The notes: a model not told the origin generated them from the sequence alone. Shown: positions 39,351 through 50,863, counted from the stretch's first letter. The stretch: DNA of 64,000 nucleotides from an uncultured Acidobacteriota bacterium (GCA_963729325.1 CAVSNS010000022.1:5901-69900), one strand, 5' to 3'. Program-made: numbers and translations.

Positions 39351-40787
39351 TTGCAAGAATCCATTTTGGGACTCGCCACGATGCTCCGCAGCAAGTCGAT
39401 CTCGCCCGTCGATCTCACTGAAGAATGCCTGGCGCGGTATTGAGAGACTTAATCCCACGCTGAATGCGTTTATCACGGTCACGGCAGATGCTGCCCTGGC
39501 CCAGGCGCGGGAGGCTGAGGCCGAAATCCAGCGTGGCAACTGGCGTGGACCGCTGCATGGCGTCCCAATTGGGATTAAGGACCTGATCGACACGGCAGGC
39601 ATCCGCACGACTGCTGCCAGCGGATTGTTCAGAGATCGCATTCCCACAGAGGACGCGGAAATTGTCCGTCGCGTAAAGGAGGCGGGGGCTGTGTTGCTAG
39701 GCAAACAGAATCTGCATGAGTTTGCCTATGGTGGCAGCTCGATGGTGAGTTATTTCGGCGAAGTGCACAATCCCTGGGACCCGGCTTATATCGCAGGTGG
39801 GTCTTCCGGAGGCTCTGCCGCCGCCGTTGCCGCGGGCCTCGGCTATGGCGCGATCGGTACTGACACCGCGGGCTCCATTCGCGAGCCGGCGGCGCTCTGC
39901 GGTGTGGTCGGTCTTAAGCCCACGTATGGACGGGTTAGCGTCCGCGGCGTGATCCCGCTTTCGGTGTCACTGGACCACGTCGGCATCATCACGCGCACGG
40001 TTGCTGATGCAGCGGTGATTCTGCAGGCCATTGCTGGATTTGACGCGAAAGACAGCCGCAGTGCTGATGTGCCAGTTCCGGACTACTTGTCGGGGATGCG
40101 CCAGAAGACGCTGCGGCGAATCGGTGTCCCGCGAACATTTTTCTTCGACGATTTAGACGCGGAAGTCGATTCCGCTTTGAAACAGGCGCTTTCGGTTCTG
40201 GCCATGATGTCGGCTGGAGATGCGACGATATCGAATTGCCAGTCCTGACCGACCGGAAGCTGCAGAGTGCAGAATCTTATGCTTATCATGCTGAGTTCGT
40301 GGCTCGAAGTCCCGAACTCTACCAGCCGGAAACGCTGCGCCGCATCCGTGCGGGCGAAAACATCAGTGCGGCGGACCTGCTTGCACGACGCCGTGAGCTG
40401 GAACAATCCCGGCGGGAAATCGGGGAGATTTTCGAAAAGGTTGATCTGCTCGTGACCGCGACCACCCCGATTCCGGCGCCTTCTGTGACCGAGTTAAAGG
40501 AATCTCCAGAGCGTCTTCGCACGCGCGAACTTTTACTCCTGCGAAACACCCGTCCTGCCAACGTGTGGGGATTGCCTGCAATCTCAATCCCATGCGGCTT
40601 CACTCAAACCGGTCTTCCAATAGGACTGCAAATCATCGGCCCACATTGGGGGGAAGCAAAGATTCTTCAGCTAGCCGATGCCTACGAACAAGCCACGGGT
40701 TGGCACAAGTCTGTGCCGAAGATTGCGTCCGATACAGCAGCTCTCCTCGCAACCTGCCGGCCAGTCCGGATTCAAACAAGTTGCTAA
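39351..40787 (+). pseudogene. amidase-signature enzyme (GatA-like), two apparent frameshifts
   Basis: The GGSSGGSAAAVAAG signature is present. The N-terminal piece LQESILGLATMLRSKSISPVDLTEECLARY is in a different frame, with a TTG start at 39351 after AAGGAGG. A second break near 40230 separates ORFs 39277..40248 and 40236..40787. Confidence 0.7.
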
Positions 40788-40796
40788 GATACCTCT

Positions 40797-41681
40797 GTGC
40801 GAGCCGCGGTTAGGAGGAAATCCCGACTCACGATCCTTCATGCGGATTCGCTCGCGCGTATTCCATGGCTGGTACACGGCTTCAGCACACGGCTCGGTGG
40901 CTTTTCTCGGGCGTACGGCGGAGGCGCGCTCAATCTGGGCTTCACGCAAGATGATTCGCTTACTGCAGTCGAACGTAATCGCCGAGCTTTTCTCAAGGAA
41001 TTCGGCCCAGCAGAGCATGGTCGCCCTTATCCGCTGATCACTCTGCGGCAGGTCCACTCCGATGTCATCCACTGCGCAACAGAATTCTCAAGTCAAGAAC
41101 TGGCTGGCGATGGCCTGATCACCCGTGAGCCGAGCATTTTGCTCGCCATTCAGACTGCCGACTGCCTTCCTGTGATTCTTGTCGACACCAAACTCCAGGC
41201 AGTGGGGGTTTTTCACGCCGGCTGGCGCGGAACCGTAAAGCGCATCGTGGAGAAGGGCGTTGGAGAGATGCGGCACAGCTTTGGCACTCGGCCACAAGAT
41301 ATCCAAGCTGCCATCGGGCCTGGCGTCCACAAATGTTGCTATGCGGTGGGGCCGGAGGTGCGCACTGAGTTTGAATCTCAATTCCGCTATGCGTCCGACC
41401 TGTTCCAGGAAATCATGGAATCGGATCCGGTCCGCGAGAAATATCCGCTGTTATTTCTCAACGCACGCGCTCCGGGCCATGGCGAACTTCAAAAGACAAT
41501 TTTTCTCGATCTGGTTGAGGCAAACCGGCGTCAACTCATGGCCGCAGGAGTTCCGGCGAGGAATATCAACGCATCGCCTCTTTGCACGGCTTGTCGCACC
41601 GATTTGCTGTTTTCTTATCGGGCCGAAAAGGGAGTCACCGGACGCATGATGAGCGTCGTGGGAATCAAGCCGGGGAATTAG
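40797..41681 (+). CDS. pgeF: YfiH/PgeF (DUF152) purine nucleoside phosphorylase / peptidoglycan editing factor family
   Basis: IPWLVHGFSTRLGG, QVHSD, TADCLPV and HAGWRG motifs. Confidence 0.75.
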   Translation: MRAAVRRKSRLTILHADSLARIPWLVHGFSTRLGGFSRAYGGGALNLGFTQDDSLTAVERNRRAFLKEFGPAEHGRPYPLITLRQVHSDVIHCATEFSSQELAGDGLITREPSILLAIQTADCLPVILVDTKLQAVGVFHAGWRGTVKRIVEKGVGEMRHSFGTRPQDIQAAIGPGVHKCCYAVGPEVRTEFESQFRYASDLFQEIMESDPVREKYPLLFLNARAPGHGELQKTIFLDLVEANRRQLMAAGVPARNINASPLCTACRTDLLFSYRAEKGVTGRMMSVVGIKPGN

Positions 41682-41879
41682 TCTATTTTGTCCTCTCAGA
41701 GACGTCATCCCGAAATCCGGCGTAATTCAGCCGGTTGAGGGATCTCGCGCGAGGCTTATCCGGACACGTTTCCTTGGCCGCACGCCAGATCCCTCGGGGT
41801 TGGAACTGAGCCATTGCCCGAAACTTGCCGCATTGCCTAACATCCTCCCGACGGTTAACATTCAGAGTCTCCGAGAAAC

Positions 41880-43482
41880 TTGATGTCACAAATCCGAATG
41901 TCTGAGGTCGCCGCCATACCCCACCATCCAGATGCCAACAATGGGTCTCCGGAAGCGCCATCCGTTGAGGTCTACGCCGTGTACGGCGTTGAGCCGGAAA
42001 TCCAGGCTTACGCGATGGCTAAGTATTCGCGCTCGGCGCTCTCCATGAAAGAGTCGCTGAGAGAAATCAGCCAGCAGAAGGCCGAGAAATTTCTCAACAC
42101 ATTTTATTTCCAGTATGGCCACCGTTCGATTGCTGATCTGGCGCACATCGCGCTGGCGATTGAACGGCTGTCGATTCTGGCGGCCATCGCTGTGGCCGAT
42201 GAGCAGCGCTGGGATGGCCAGGAACGTTCCACGCGTTATCAGGATTTCAAAAAAAGCGGCTACTTCACCCCAGATTTTGGCGACGACCAGCAGGCCCGCA
42301 CGTTGTATCGGGAGACGATCGAGGGTTTATTCGCGGAATACGAATCGCTTTCGGAGCGCATGTCCTACTTTCTTGCGAGCATTACGCCCAAGCCCGCCGA
42401 GATGAAACAGGAAGCTTACGAACGCACGCTGCGTGCCCGCGCTTTCGACATCTCACGCTATCTGTTGCCTCTCGCGACCAATACTTCTCTGGGCGAGATT
42501 GTGAATGCTCGGACGCTGGAGAGCCAGGTCTCACATCTGCTCTCGCACACACACAAGGAAGTTCGGGGGCTCGGAGAATTGCTGAAACAGGCAGCGACCT
42601 CTCCGGCTTACAACGTGAATGAGGAGTCATGGCGGGAGTTGGTCACTCAGATTCGCGCCCTATCGCCAGAGCTAGCGGAGCGAGCAGAGCAGGAGCTACT
42701 GCGCGAAGTTCGAGTGGCGCCGACCTTAGTGAAATACGCCGATCCGAGTAAATATGAGATCGAGACTCGGCGCGAGTTACGGCAAATCGCCTCCGAGCTG
42801 ATGGGAGACCTGCCGATCGCTCCGGCCCAGGCAGTCGATCTTTTGGATGACGACCCATTGGAAGTGGAGTTGGCGACGACGCTGATTTACGAAAACTGCC
42901 ATTATCCTTACCGGCAAATCCGGGAGGCAGTGCAGGCGGCCGGGGAGCGCATCCGCCGCGAGATCATTGACTCGGGGTTGCGCCATCGCAGCAGTCACGA
43001 CGAGATGCTGCGGCCTTTCTGCGCCGGTCAGCAGTTCCGCTTTGATATTTTGATGGACATCGGCGGCTTCCGGGATATGCATCGCCATCGGCGCTGCATC
43101 CAGATTGGACAGGGATTCACCACGAAGCATGGCTACGATGTGCCGGACGAATTGGAAGCTGCCGGAGTGCGAGGAAGCTACGATGCAGTCATGCGGCGGA
43201 CCGCGGTAGCGTGTCGAAGATTTATCGCGGCGCACTGGCGCGGAGGCGCAAGAGAGCTCGCAGTACGCCATTCCACTCGGTTTCCGAAAGCGAACCTTGT
43301 TCAAGATGGATTTTGCCGAGGTGGTCTACATCTCAGAGCTGCGTACCGGCCCTGCTGGGCACTTCTCTTACCGGAACGTCGCATATGCAATGTATGAAGC
43401 GGTTGCGAAGAAGTATCCAGCCCTGGCGAAGTATTTGAGGGTGCACGATGTGAGAGAGCCGGTGGATTTGCTGAGGAGATAG
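41880..43482 (+). pseudogene. tandem-domain ThyX-like FAD-dependent thymidylate synthase, frameshift near 43205
   Basis: ThyX-like blocks are present (YGHRSIADLAH; FRDMHRHRRC). The true C-terminus SSQYAIPLGFRKRTLFKMDFAEVVYISELRT... lies in another frame (ORF 43297..43482). Confidence 0.6.
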
Positions 43483-43532
43483 CGGACCCTGGTCCCCCGG
43501 ACAGCCGGAGGTGGCCGTCTCCACGCTGCTCC

Positions 43533-44585
43533 TTACGTGTACATCACTTTGCGCTCGCCCTTCACGATCCTTCCCACGGTGTAAGCCTTCTCCCCCGCAC
43601 GCTCCAGCACCGTCTGCGCTTTCTTGAACTTTTTCGAAGGGACAACCAACAGCATTCCTAGTCCCATGTTGAAGGTGCGCAGCATTTCGTCCTGGGGAAC
43701 ATTTCCCAGCTGTTGCAGATGCTCAAAAATCGGCAACACCGGCCAGGAGCCGATCTCGATCACCGCAGCCATGCCGCGCGGCAACACGCGAGGAAGATTG
43801 TCTGTCACGCCGCCGCCGGTAACGTGCGCCATGGCGGAGACGCACTCCGCATCCACCAGCCGCTTCACCGCGTGCCAATAGCTTTTGTGGGTCTTCATGA
43901 GCTCGTTGCCGACTTTGCCTTTGAGCTCATTCACGTAGGAATCGGGCGTGTAGTGGCCGATCTCAAAGAGCACCTTGCGGGCCAGCGCGTAGCCGTTGGT
44001 GTGCAGGCCGTTCGAGGCAAGCCCGAGGATGACGTCGCCAACCTCGACTGTCTTGCCCGTAATGATGCGCTCTCGCTCCGCGACACCGACAATGAAGCCC
44101 GCCAGATCGTATTCGCCCTCGGGATAGAAGCCGGGCATCTCCGCAGTCTCGCCGCCAATCAGCGCGCATCCATTATGCTTGCAGGCCTCGGCCAGTCCTT
44201 CGACCACTTTCTCCACGACTTCGGGCTCGAGCACTCCGGTGGCGAGGTAGTCCATGAAAAACAGCGGAGTCGCGCCCTGCACCGCGATGTCGTTGACGCA
44301 ATGGTTTACCAGGTCCGCGCCAATGGTGTGATGGACTTTCATCTCGAAGGCGACCTTTAGCTTGGTGCCCACGCCATCGACGCTCGATACCAGCACCGGA
44401 TCGGGCCACTTCTCTTTGTTAATGGCAAACAGTCCGCCGAAGCCGCCGATTTCGCTGAGCACGCCCCGAGTGAAGGTCTTGTGAGCCAGGTACTTGATCC
44501 GCTTCTTGGTGCGGTTCGCGCGGTCGATGTCTACGCCGGCGTCGGCATAGGTGACGGTGGCAGTCTTCGCGGAATCGTGGGCCAC
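43533..44585 (-). CDS. purM: phosphoribosylformylglycinamidine cyclo-ligase (AIR synthetase)
   Basis: YADAGVDID, DGVGTK and GGETAEMPG motifs. Confidence 0.9.
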   Translation of the reverse strand: MAHDSAKTATVTYADAGVDIDRANRTKKRIKYLAHKTFTRGVLSEIGGFGGLFAINKEKWPDPVLVSSVDGVGTKLKVAFEMKVHHTIGADLVNHCVNDIAVQGATPLFFMDYLATGVLEPEVVEKVVEGLAEACKHNGCALIGGETAEMPGFYPEGEYDLAGFIVGVAERERIITGKTVEVGDVILGLASNGLHTNGYALARKVLFEIGHYTPDSYVNELKGKVGNELMKTHKSYWHAVKRLVDAECVSAMAHVTGGGVTDNLPRVLPRGMAAVIEIGSWPVLPIFEHLQQLGNVPQDEMLRTFNMGLGMLLVVPSKKFKKAQTVLERAGEKAYTVGRIVKGERKVMYT

Positions 44586-44711
44586 AGAAATCAGTCCATC
44601 TCTATAGAAGTGCGGGGATTGGGGTTCGCTAACCGGAAGAAACGTTTTAAGCGCGGGTCATTGTAGCATGTTTGTCGGCGGGGTCAGGCGACCCGCACAC
44701 TCGGCATTGCT

Positions 44712-44900
44712 TTATTGGGTGATGTAGGACGAAAAATAATAAACCAGCACACCAAACAGAGTAAGGCCAGCGATTCCGTACGCCGTCAGGACCCAAACAT
44801 TTCGATCCTTGCGTCGCACTTTATCCGATGGCGAATTAGCTGCCGTAGCTGAATTCCCAGACTGCTCCATAAAAATCCTCCGAAAATGGATCCCTTGCAC
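44712..44900 (-). CDS. small hypothetical membrane protein
   Basis: 62 aa with one C-terminal TM helix (VWVLTAYGIAGLTLFGVLVYYF). Confidence 0.3.
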   Translation of the reverse strand: MQGIHFRRIFMEQSGNSATAANSPSDKVRRKDRNVWVLTAYGIAGLTLFGVLVYYFSSYITQ

Positions 44901-45062
44901 GCGATGGTCGCCCTGTCACGTCGCCAAAAGGCTGAGCAAAATTTTACTACGGCTTCAGTGGGCTCAAGGCTTGAAAATTGGGGAACCTCGTCCGGCCTTG
45001 AGGAAAAAACACCCCGGCTCACCGCCGGGGTGTTGGCAAGAATCGGAAACCTAGGCCGGAAC

Positions 45063-45263
45063 TTACTTCATATCACTCTTCTTGTCGTCTTTCTTCATGT
45101 CGTCTTTCTTTTCCTTCTTGGACGCCTTCTTGCTGGCCTTCTTATCGGCCTTTTCTGCCTTTTTGGAGTCAGCCTTCTTGTCCGTCGAATCCTGCGCGAA
45201 GGACACAGCCGACAACGAGAAGGTCAGAGCAACCGCAAATAACAGCGTGAGCAGTTTCTTCAT
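45063..45263 (-). CDS. small secreted Lys/Asp-rich low-complexity protein
   Basis: Signal peptide MKKLLTLLFAVALTFSLSAVSFA, then a KKADSKKAEKADKKASKKASKKEKKDDMKKDDKK tail. AAGGAGAG lies upstream of the ATG. Confidence 0.5.
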   Translation of the reverse strand: MKKLLTLLFAVALTFSLSAVSFAQDSTDKKADSKKAEKADKKASKKASKKEKKDDMKKDDKKSDMK

Positions 45264-45631
45264 TTTCTAAACTCTCCTTAACTGTTTCGGTATGTAGAGT
45301 CTTTGGATTCAGGACGCACGGCTGCGTTCGATGGCTAGCAGGGATTGTCCCGGTGGGTAAGCCATTGTAGTCCAGACAGCGAATTCTCCCAAGCAGAAAA
45401 TCTACTGGTGCCAGAGGAGGAAACGTGGTCGCGTAAGCGAAGTGTGTTCCGTCGCCTCCATCTTCCAGCACAAAAAATGTTGGACGCGTCGCGGTTTAAA
45501 GTTCCCTTTTAGGACAATTGCCCAGGAAATCTCGTGGCTACGAAAGTAATTCGCCTTTTCTTCGCTTCAGAACCCATGTATAATCCGCGCTCAACACCAT
45601 TCACAATTCATAACTAAGGAGCCGCACTTAT

Positions 45632-46729
45632 ATGTCTGATGAACGGACAAAGGCGATTGATCTGGCGTTTGCGCAAATCGAAAAGCAGTTTGGCAAGGGC
45701 TCAATCATGCGGTTGGGATCGAAGGAGGCCATCGTACCGATCGCGGTAATCCCTACAGGGGCCATTTCGTTCGACGCTGCCCTTGGCGTAGGCGGCTTTC
45801 CACGGGGCCGCGTGGTGGAGATTTTTGGTCCTGAGTCATCCGGCAAAACCACGATCGCATTGCAGGTAATTGCTCAAGCACAGAAAACTGGCGGCATGGC
45901 CGCGTTTGTCGATGCTGAGCATGCGCTCGATCCCGGCTACGCTAAGAAGCTCGGTGTGGACGTAGACAACCTGCTGGTCTCTCAACCCGACTACGGCGAG
46001 CAAGCTTTGGAGATCACCGAGGCGCTGGTGCGCTCCGGCGCCATCGACGTGCTGGTGGTCGACTCGGTAGCAGCGCTGGTACCGAAGGCCGAACTCGATG
46101 GAGAGATGGGTGACAGCCACATGGGATTGCAGGCGCGGTTAATGTCACAAGCGCTCCGCAAGCTGACTGGCACGGTCTCCAAGTCACGCACCTGCCTGAT
46201 TTTCATCAACCAGATCCGAGAGAAAATCGGCGTCATGTTCGGAAACCCGGAAACCACAACTGGCGGACGTGCGCTCAAGTTTTATTCGTCAGTGCGGGTG
46301 GACATCCGCCGCATCGCGGCGATTAAGGAAGGCGACGTAGTGACGGGATCGCGCACCAAAGTGAAGGTAGTGAAGAACAAAGTCGCTGCCCCTTTTCGCG
46401 AAGCTGAGTTCGACATCATGTATGGCGAGGGCATCTCCCGCGAAGGCGACTTGATTGATATCGCCGTGAATCACAACCTGCTGGAGAAGTCGGGGTCCTG
46501 GTTCAGCTACAAGAGCGAACGCATTGGACAGGGTCGCGAGAACGCCCGCCAGTTCCTCAAGGACAACAAGGAAGTCTATGCCAAGCTGGAAGCTGAGGTG
46601 CGCAAAGAGCTGGGACTGATTCCGGCGACGACGGCCCCGGCACAAGGCCAGACCCCGCCGACGGCGCGTGTAACCACGATGCCCAGTGCAGCCCCCGAAA
46701 CCGCAAAGGTGCCCGCAGCACGGCGATAG
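45632..46729 (+). CDS. recA: recombinase RecA
   Basis: GPESSGKTT Walker A and the canonical RecA core. AAGGAG lies upstream. Confidence 0.97.
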   Translation: MSDERTKAIDLAFAQIEKQFGKGSIMRLGSKEAIVPIAVIPTGAISFDAALGVGGFPRGRVVEIFGPESSGKTTIALQVIAQAQKTGGMAAFVDAEHALDPGYAKKLGVDVDNLLVSQPDYGEQALEITEALVRSGAIDVLVVDSVAALVPKAELDGEMGDSHMGLQARLMSQALRKLTGTVSKSRTCLIFINQIREKIGVMFGNPETTTGGRALKFYSSVRVDIRRIAAIKEGDVVTGSRTKVKVVKNKVAAPFREAEFDIMYGEGISREGDLIDIAVNHNLLEKSGSWFSYKSERIGQGRENARQFLKDNKEVYAKLEAEVRKELGLIPATTAPAQGQTPPTARVTTMPSAAPETAKVPAARR

Positions 46730-46891
46730 GAACTCCTCGACTCGATTGTCATTCTGAGCCGCTCGGCGTCGGGATACCAACCCTTCAGACGCTGAGGACG
46801 TTGCGCATCTTGCAATCATCAATTGCCATCCCTGCTCTCCACCGACTAGAATCTTTGGTTAACCCAGCCTGCCCCGCTTCTGTGAGGATGA

Positions 46892-47425
46892 TTGAAGCAA
46901 GTTATCGCCATCTATCCCGGTTCGTTTGACCCATTGACCAACGGGCATCTCGACTTGATCGAGCGTGGAAGTGAAATTTTCGATGAACTGGTGGTGGCGA
47001 TTCTGAGGAATACAGAGAAGAGTCCGCTATTCAGCTTGGGAGAACGCCGCGCAATGCTGGAGGCAATGACCGAGCGTTTCCGCAACGTGCGCGTGGATAC
47101 GTTTGATGGCCTCACCGTTGACTATGCGCTCAAAGTCGGGGCCAAGGCGATCTTGCGCGGCATTCGCGCCCTGAGCGATTATGAATACGAGCTGCAAATG
47201 GCTCTGATGAACCGCAAATTGAACCCCGATCTGGAAACCGTATTCATGATGCCAGCCGAACAATATTCCTACTTGAGCTCCAAGCTAGTGCGCGAGGTCG
47301 CCCAACTAGGAGGGTCCATCAAAGATCTGGTCCCGGCGATGGTGGAACAAAGACTCAGAGAGAAACTGGATCCAGCAGTCAAGTTAGAACACGCAAGAGA
47401 GCGAAGAGCAAAGACGGGAAAATGA
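46892..47425 (+). CDS. coaD: phosphopantetheine adenylyltransferase
   Basis: YPGSFDPLTNGHLDLIERG motif. Confidence 0.9.
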   Translation: MKQVIAIYPGSFDPLTNGHLDLIERGSEIFDELVVAILRNTEKSPLFSLGERRAMLEAMTERFRNVRVDTFDGLTVDYALKVGAKAILRGIRALSDYEYELQMALMNRKLNPDLETVFMMPAEQYSYLSSKLVREVAQLGGSIKDLVPAMVEQRLREKLDPAVKLEHARERRAKTGK

Positions 47426-47426
47426 A

Positions 47427-48629
47427 ATGACTTCAGTCACGGAAGCTCCTACGGCAGCGAAACTCACGGAACGGATTAACCGCATCGAACCCTCCGCCAC
47501 TATGGCGGTGGTCGCGGAAGCTGACAAACTGCGTCTGCAAGGCATTGACGTCGTAGACTTTGGCGCGGGAGAGCCGCACTTTTCCACCCCGCAGCACATC
47601 AAAGATGCTGCCATTAGCGCCATCCAAGGGAACTTCACCAAGTACACGGCGGTCGGCGGAACAGCCGAGCTGAAAGATGCCATCGTGCAGCGTCACGCGG
47701 CCGACTTCGAGTCGGACTATCGCCGCGAGGAGACAATTGCTTCCGTGGGTGGCAAACATGGATTGTTCAACGCAATTCAGGTGCTGGTGGAGCACGGCGA
47801 CGAGGTGATTCTGCCGGTTCCCTACTGGGTTTCGTTCAAAGATATCGTGCGTTACGCCGGTGGCAATTGCGTGTTTCTCGAGTCTGACGAAGCGCAGGGC
47901 TTCCGGGTGACCGCGGAGATGATCGAGCGACTGGTCACGCCGCGAACCAAACTCATTATCCTGAATTCGCCGTCCAATCCCTCGGGAGCCGTTATGTCAG
48001 CGGAAGACTTGACCGAAGTGGTGCGGCTGGCGGCTCAGCGCGGTATTTGGGTGATTTCCGATGAGTGCTACGTATATTTGAACTATAGCGGCAGCCGCTT
48101 CTCCGTCGGATCGTTGCGCGAATATCGCGACCGCCTGGTGATTGTGGGCTCGCTTTCAAAGACTTATGCCATGACCGGCTGGCGGTTGGGATATGCGCTG
48201 GGACCGGCGCAGGTAATCAGCGCGATGCAAAAACTGCAGAGCCAGTCCACGTCGAACCCAACTTCGTTTGTGCAGAAGGCCGCAGTCGGCGCCCTGAAAG
48301 GGCCGCAGCAGTGCGTTGAGGACATGCGACTCGAGTACATCCAGCTACGCGACCACGTGGTCAAGGGCCTACACTCCATTTCGGGCATCCGGTGTACGCT
48401 GCCAGAGGGCGCGTTCTACGCTTATCCTAACGTCTCGTCATTTTTTGGGCGCGGCGGAGTCAAGTCGGCCTCGGATCTTGCCGGGAAGTTGTTGCGCGAG
48501 GCGCACGTGGCCACGGTGCCGGGAGAGGGATTTGGAACCCGCGATCATATTAGGGTGTCCTATGCCACGTCGGTCGCCGAGCTCGATCGCGGGTTGGAAC
48601 GCATGCGCAAATTCCTGGGCGCACTCTAA
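47427..48629 (+). CDS. class-I PLP aminotransferase (aspartate aminotransferase-like)
   Basis: The NPSNPSG and SLSKTYAMTGWRLGY (PLP Lys) motifs are present. Confidence 0.85.
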   Translation: MTSVTEAPTAAKLTERINRIEPSATMAVVAEADKLRLQGIDVVDFGAGEPHFSTPQHIKDAAISAIQGNFTKYTAVGGTAELKDAIVQRHAADFESDYRREETIASVGGKHGLFNAIQVLVEHGDEVILPVPYWVSFKDIVRYAGGNCVFLESDEAQGFRVTAEMIERLVTPRTKLIILNSPSNPSGAVMSAEDLTEVVRLAAQRGIWVISDECYVYLNYSGSRFSVGSLREYRDRLVIVGSLSKTYAMTGWRLGYALGPAQVISAMQKLQSQSTSNPTSFVQKAAVGALKGPQQCVEDMRLEYIQLRDHVVKGLHSISGIRCTLPEGAFYAYPNVSSFFGRGGVKSASDLAGKLLREAHVATVPGEGFGTRDHIRVSYATSVAELDRGLERMRKFLGAL

Positions 48630-48673
48630 AGCGTGGATGTGCCGGTACCAACCTGTTCCCGCGTACTGGTCCC

Positions 48674-49675
48674 ATGAGCGAACTGTATCCATTGCTGATG
48701 CAGCCAGCATTCGACCCGCGCCCCTGGGGAGGGCTGGATCTCTCACCCATCTATCCCAATCATCGGTTTGAGGAGAAGATCGGTGAAGCCTGGTTGACCG
48801 GAGACGCGTGCCGAGTAGTGAATGGGCCGCTGCAGGGGCGGTCTCTGGCGGAATTGAGTTCGCAATATCAACGGGAATTGGTCGGAGCCACGGCCAGAGA
48901 TCCCAGCCACTTTCCTCTGCTGGTGAAGTTTCTGTTTCCGCACGAGAAGCTTTCCGTGCAGGTGCATCCTGATGACGAAGCCGCGCAACGCGTGGGTCAG
49001 CCTTGGGGAAAAACGGAATGTTGGTACGTCGCACACGCCAAGCCGGGGGCGCGGATAGCGCTTGGCCTTAAAGAAGGGTCCACACGAGCGCAGCTGGAGC
49101 AGGCAATTCACGAGAGGCGCGCCGAAGAGTTGCTCAACTGGATCAACATTTATCCGGGCGAAATGATTTACGTTGCCGCTGGAACCGTGCACACTCTGGG
49201 GGCCGGAGCAATCCTGGTGGAAACTCAGCAACAATCGGACACAACTTATCGCTTGTACGACTACGGACGCCCGCGCGAATTGCATCTCAGAGAAGGCCTC
49301 GCTGCCGTGAAGGAGAAAGTCGCGTCAGGAAAAGTAATTCGTCCGGCGCCTTCGTCCATCAACGGTGGCGGAAGTCTGCAGGCCCGGTTGATCGCTGCGC
49401 CTTTCTTCACGGTTAATATGTTCGAACTCAAGGGGCCTCATGACTTCCGTACCCGGGATCCATTCGGCAAAACCTCGGTTCAGATCATGGTGGCAGTTGA
49501 GGGTTGTGGCATTGTCGAATCTCCTGGGGCGGAACCGGTCATGATGGGGAAAGGCGACGCGGTCGTAGTGCCGGCGTGCATTGACGAGTTTCGGGTGCGC
49601 CCGCAGTGGACAACGGAATTCCTTATGTCGGCGGTGCCTGGCGAATTGGTACCAGAGCCGGCGACAAGAATGTAG
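48674..49675 (+). CDS. manA: type I phosphomannose isomerase
   Basis: LSVQVHPDD, GKTECWYV and the AGTVHTLG metal-ligand blocks are present. Confidence 0.7.
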   Translation: MSELYPLLMQPAFDPRPWGGLDLSPIYPNHRFEEKIGEAWLTGDACRVVNGPLQGRSLAELSSQYQRELVGATARDPSHFPLLVKFLFPHEKLSVQVHPDDEAAQRVGQPWGKTECWYVAHAKPGARIALGLKEGSTRAQLEQAIHERRAEELLNWINIYPGEMIYVAAGTVHTLGAGAILVETQQQSDTTYRLYDYGRPRELHLREGLAAVKEKVASGKVIRPAPSSINGGGSLQARLIAAPFFTVNMFELKGPHDFRTRDPFGKTSVQIMVAVEGCGIVESPGAEPVMMGKGDAVVVPACIDEFRVRPQWTTEFLMSAVPGELVPEPATRM

Positions 49676-49708
49676 AAAAACATCCCAAATCTGAAACCCA
49701 CAGACCCC

Positions 49709-50814
49709 GTGACTAACAAGAACTTCTATCCCGTGATCCTTGCCGGCGGGCGTGGCACACGCTTCTGGCCGCTGAGCCGCAAACGGCTAGCTAAGCAACT
49801 CCTGGTGCTTGACGGAAAACAGACCATGATCCAGCAAACCGTGGCTCGCCTGGTTCCGTTCGCTCCCGCCAAACGTTTCTGGGTCATAACCAATGAAGAT
49901 CTGCGGCGTGCGATTGGCCGCCAGCTCCCGCGACTCAGTAAGTCTCAGATCCTCGCTGAGCCGGTAGGCCGCAATACCGCACCTGCCGTTGGCCTAGCAG
50001 CATTCATTTTGTTGCGTCACGATCCTGATGCGATCATCGGCATGTTTCCCTCCGACCACGTGATCGCAGACGAAAAACGATATCGCCAGGTTTTGGAGAA
50101 AGGAATCCATATTGCCAGCGCGGGCGAAAACATCGTCGTGCTGGGAATTCGCCCCACGCGAGCCGAGACCGGTTACGGATATATCGAAACCGGCTCTGAC
50201 CAGCGGTGACGGGCTGAGAGTTCGCCGCTTCACCGAGAAGCCCGATGCCGAGAGGGCCGCTGGATTCCTGAAGGCCGGGAACTATTTCTGGAACAGTGGA
50301 ATGTTCTTGTGGAGCGCCCGCACGCTGGCCAACGCCTTGCACGAGCACCTGCCCCAGACGGCAATGGTGCTTGAACGAATTGCGGCAACATTCGGCACAC
50401 GAAAGTTCACGGAACTTTTCCGTCGCCTGTACCCAAGGTGCGAAAACATAAGCATTGACTATGCCGTGCTTGAGCGGAGATCTGCCAAAGGCGAGCGGCA
50501 ATCCAATATCTTCTGTCTGCCGGCTGATTTTGGCTGGAGTGACCTGGGATCTTGGACCTCGTTGCACGAACATCATGCGGGGAAACAGCCGTCAGACCGA
50601 CGGCAACCAGATTTCTGGGGCCGGCATCTTCACGCTGAACGCTCAAGGCAATTACATTCATGCGCCAGGAAAGTTCGTGGCCGCGGTAGGTGTGAGTGAT
50701 CTCGTGATCGTCGAAACCGAGGACGCGCTGCTGATTACCAATCGCAAAAGCGCGCAGGATGTCGGGAAAATTGTGCAATATCTGGATGAAAAAAAACTGC
50801 ACAAGCTGGTGTGA
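49709..50814 (+). pseudogene. mannose-1-phosphate guanylyltransferase, two apparent frameshifts
   Basis: The GGRGTRFWPLSR loop is present. The sequence continues across ORFs 49709..50209, 50112..50699 and 50455..50814, with breaks near 50200 and 50590. Confidence 0.7.
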
Positions 50815-50863
50815 GATAGTTGCTGGCCAATCTTCTTAGACAAGGCCCCCCGACTAAACAACA

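Noticed and set aside
45480-45631. LexA/SOS box and promoter upstream of recA
   Set aside because: I found only a TATAAT hexamer near 45576 with a poor -35. I found no CTGT-N8-ACAG, GAAC-N4-GTTC or GTTC-N7-GTTC palindrome.
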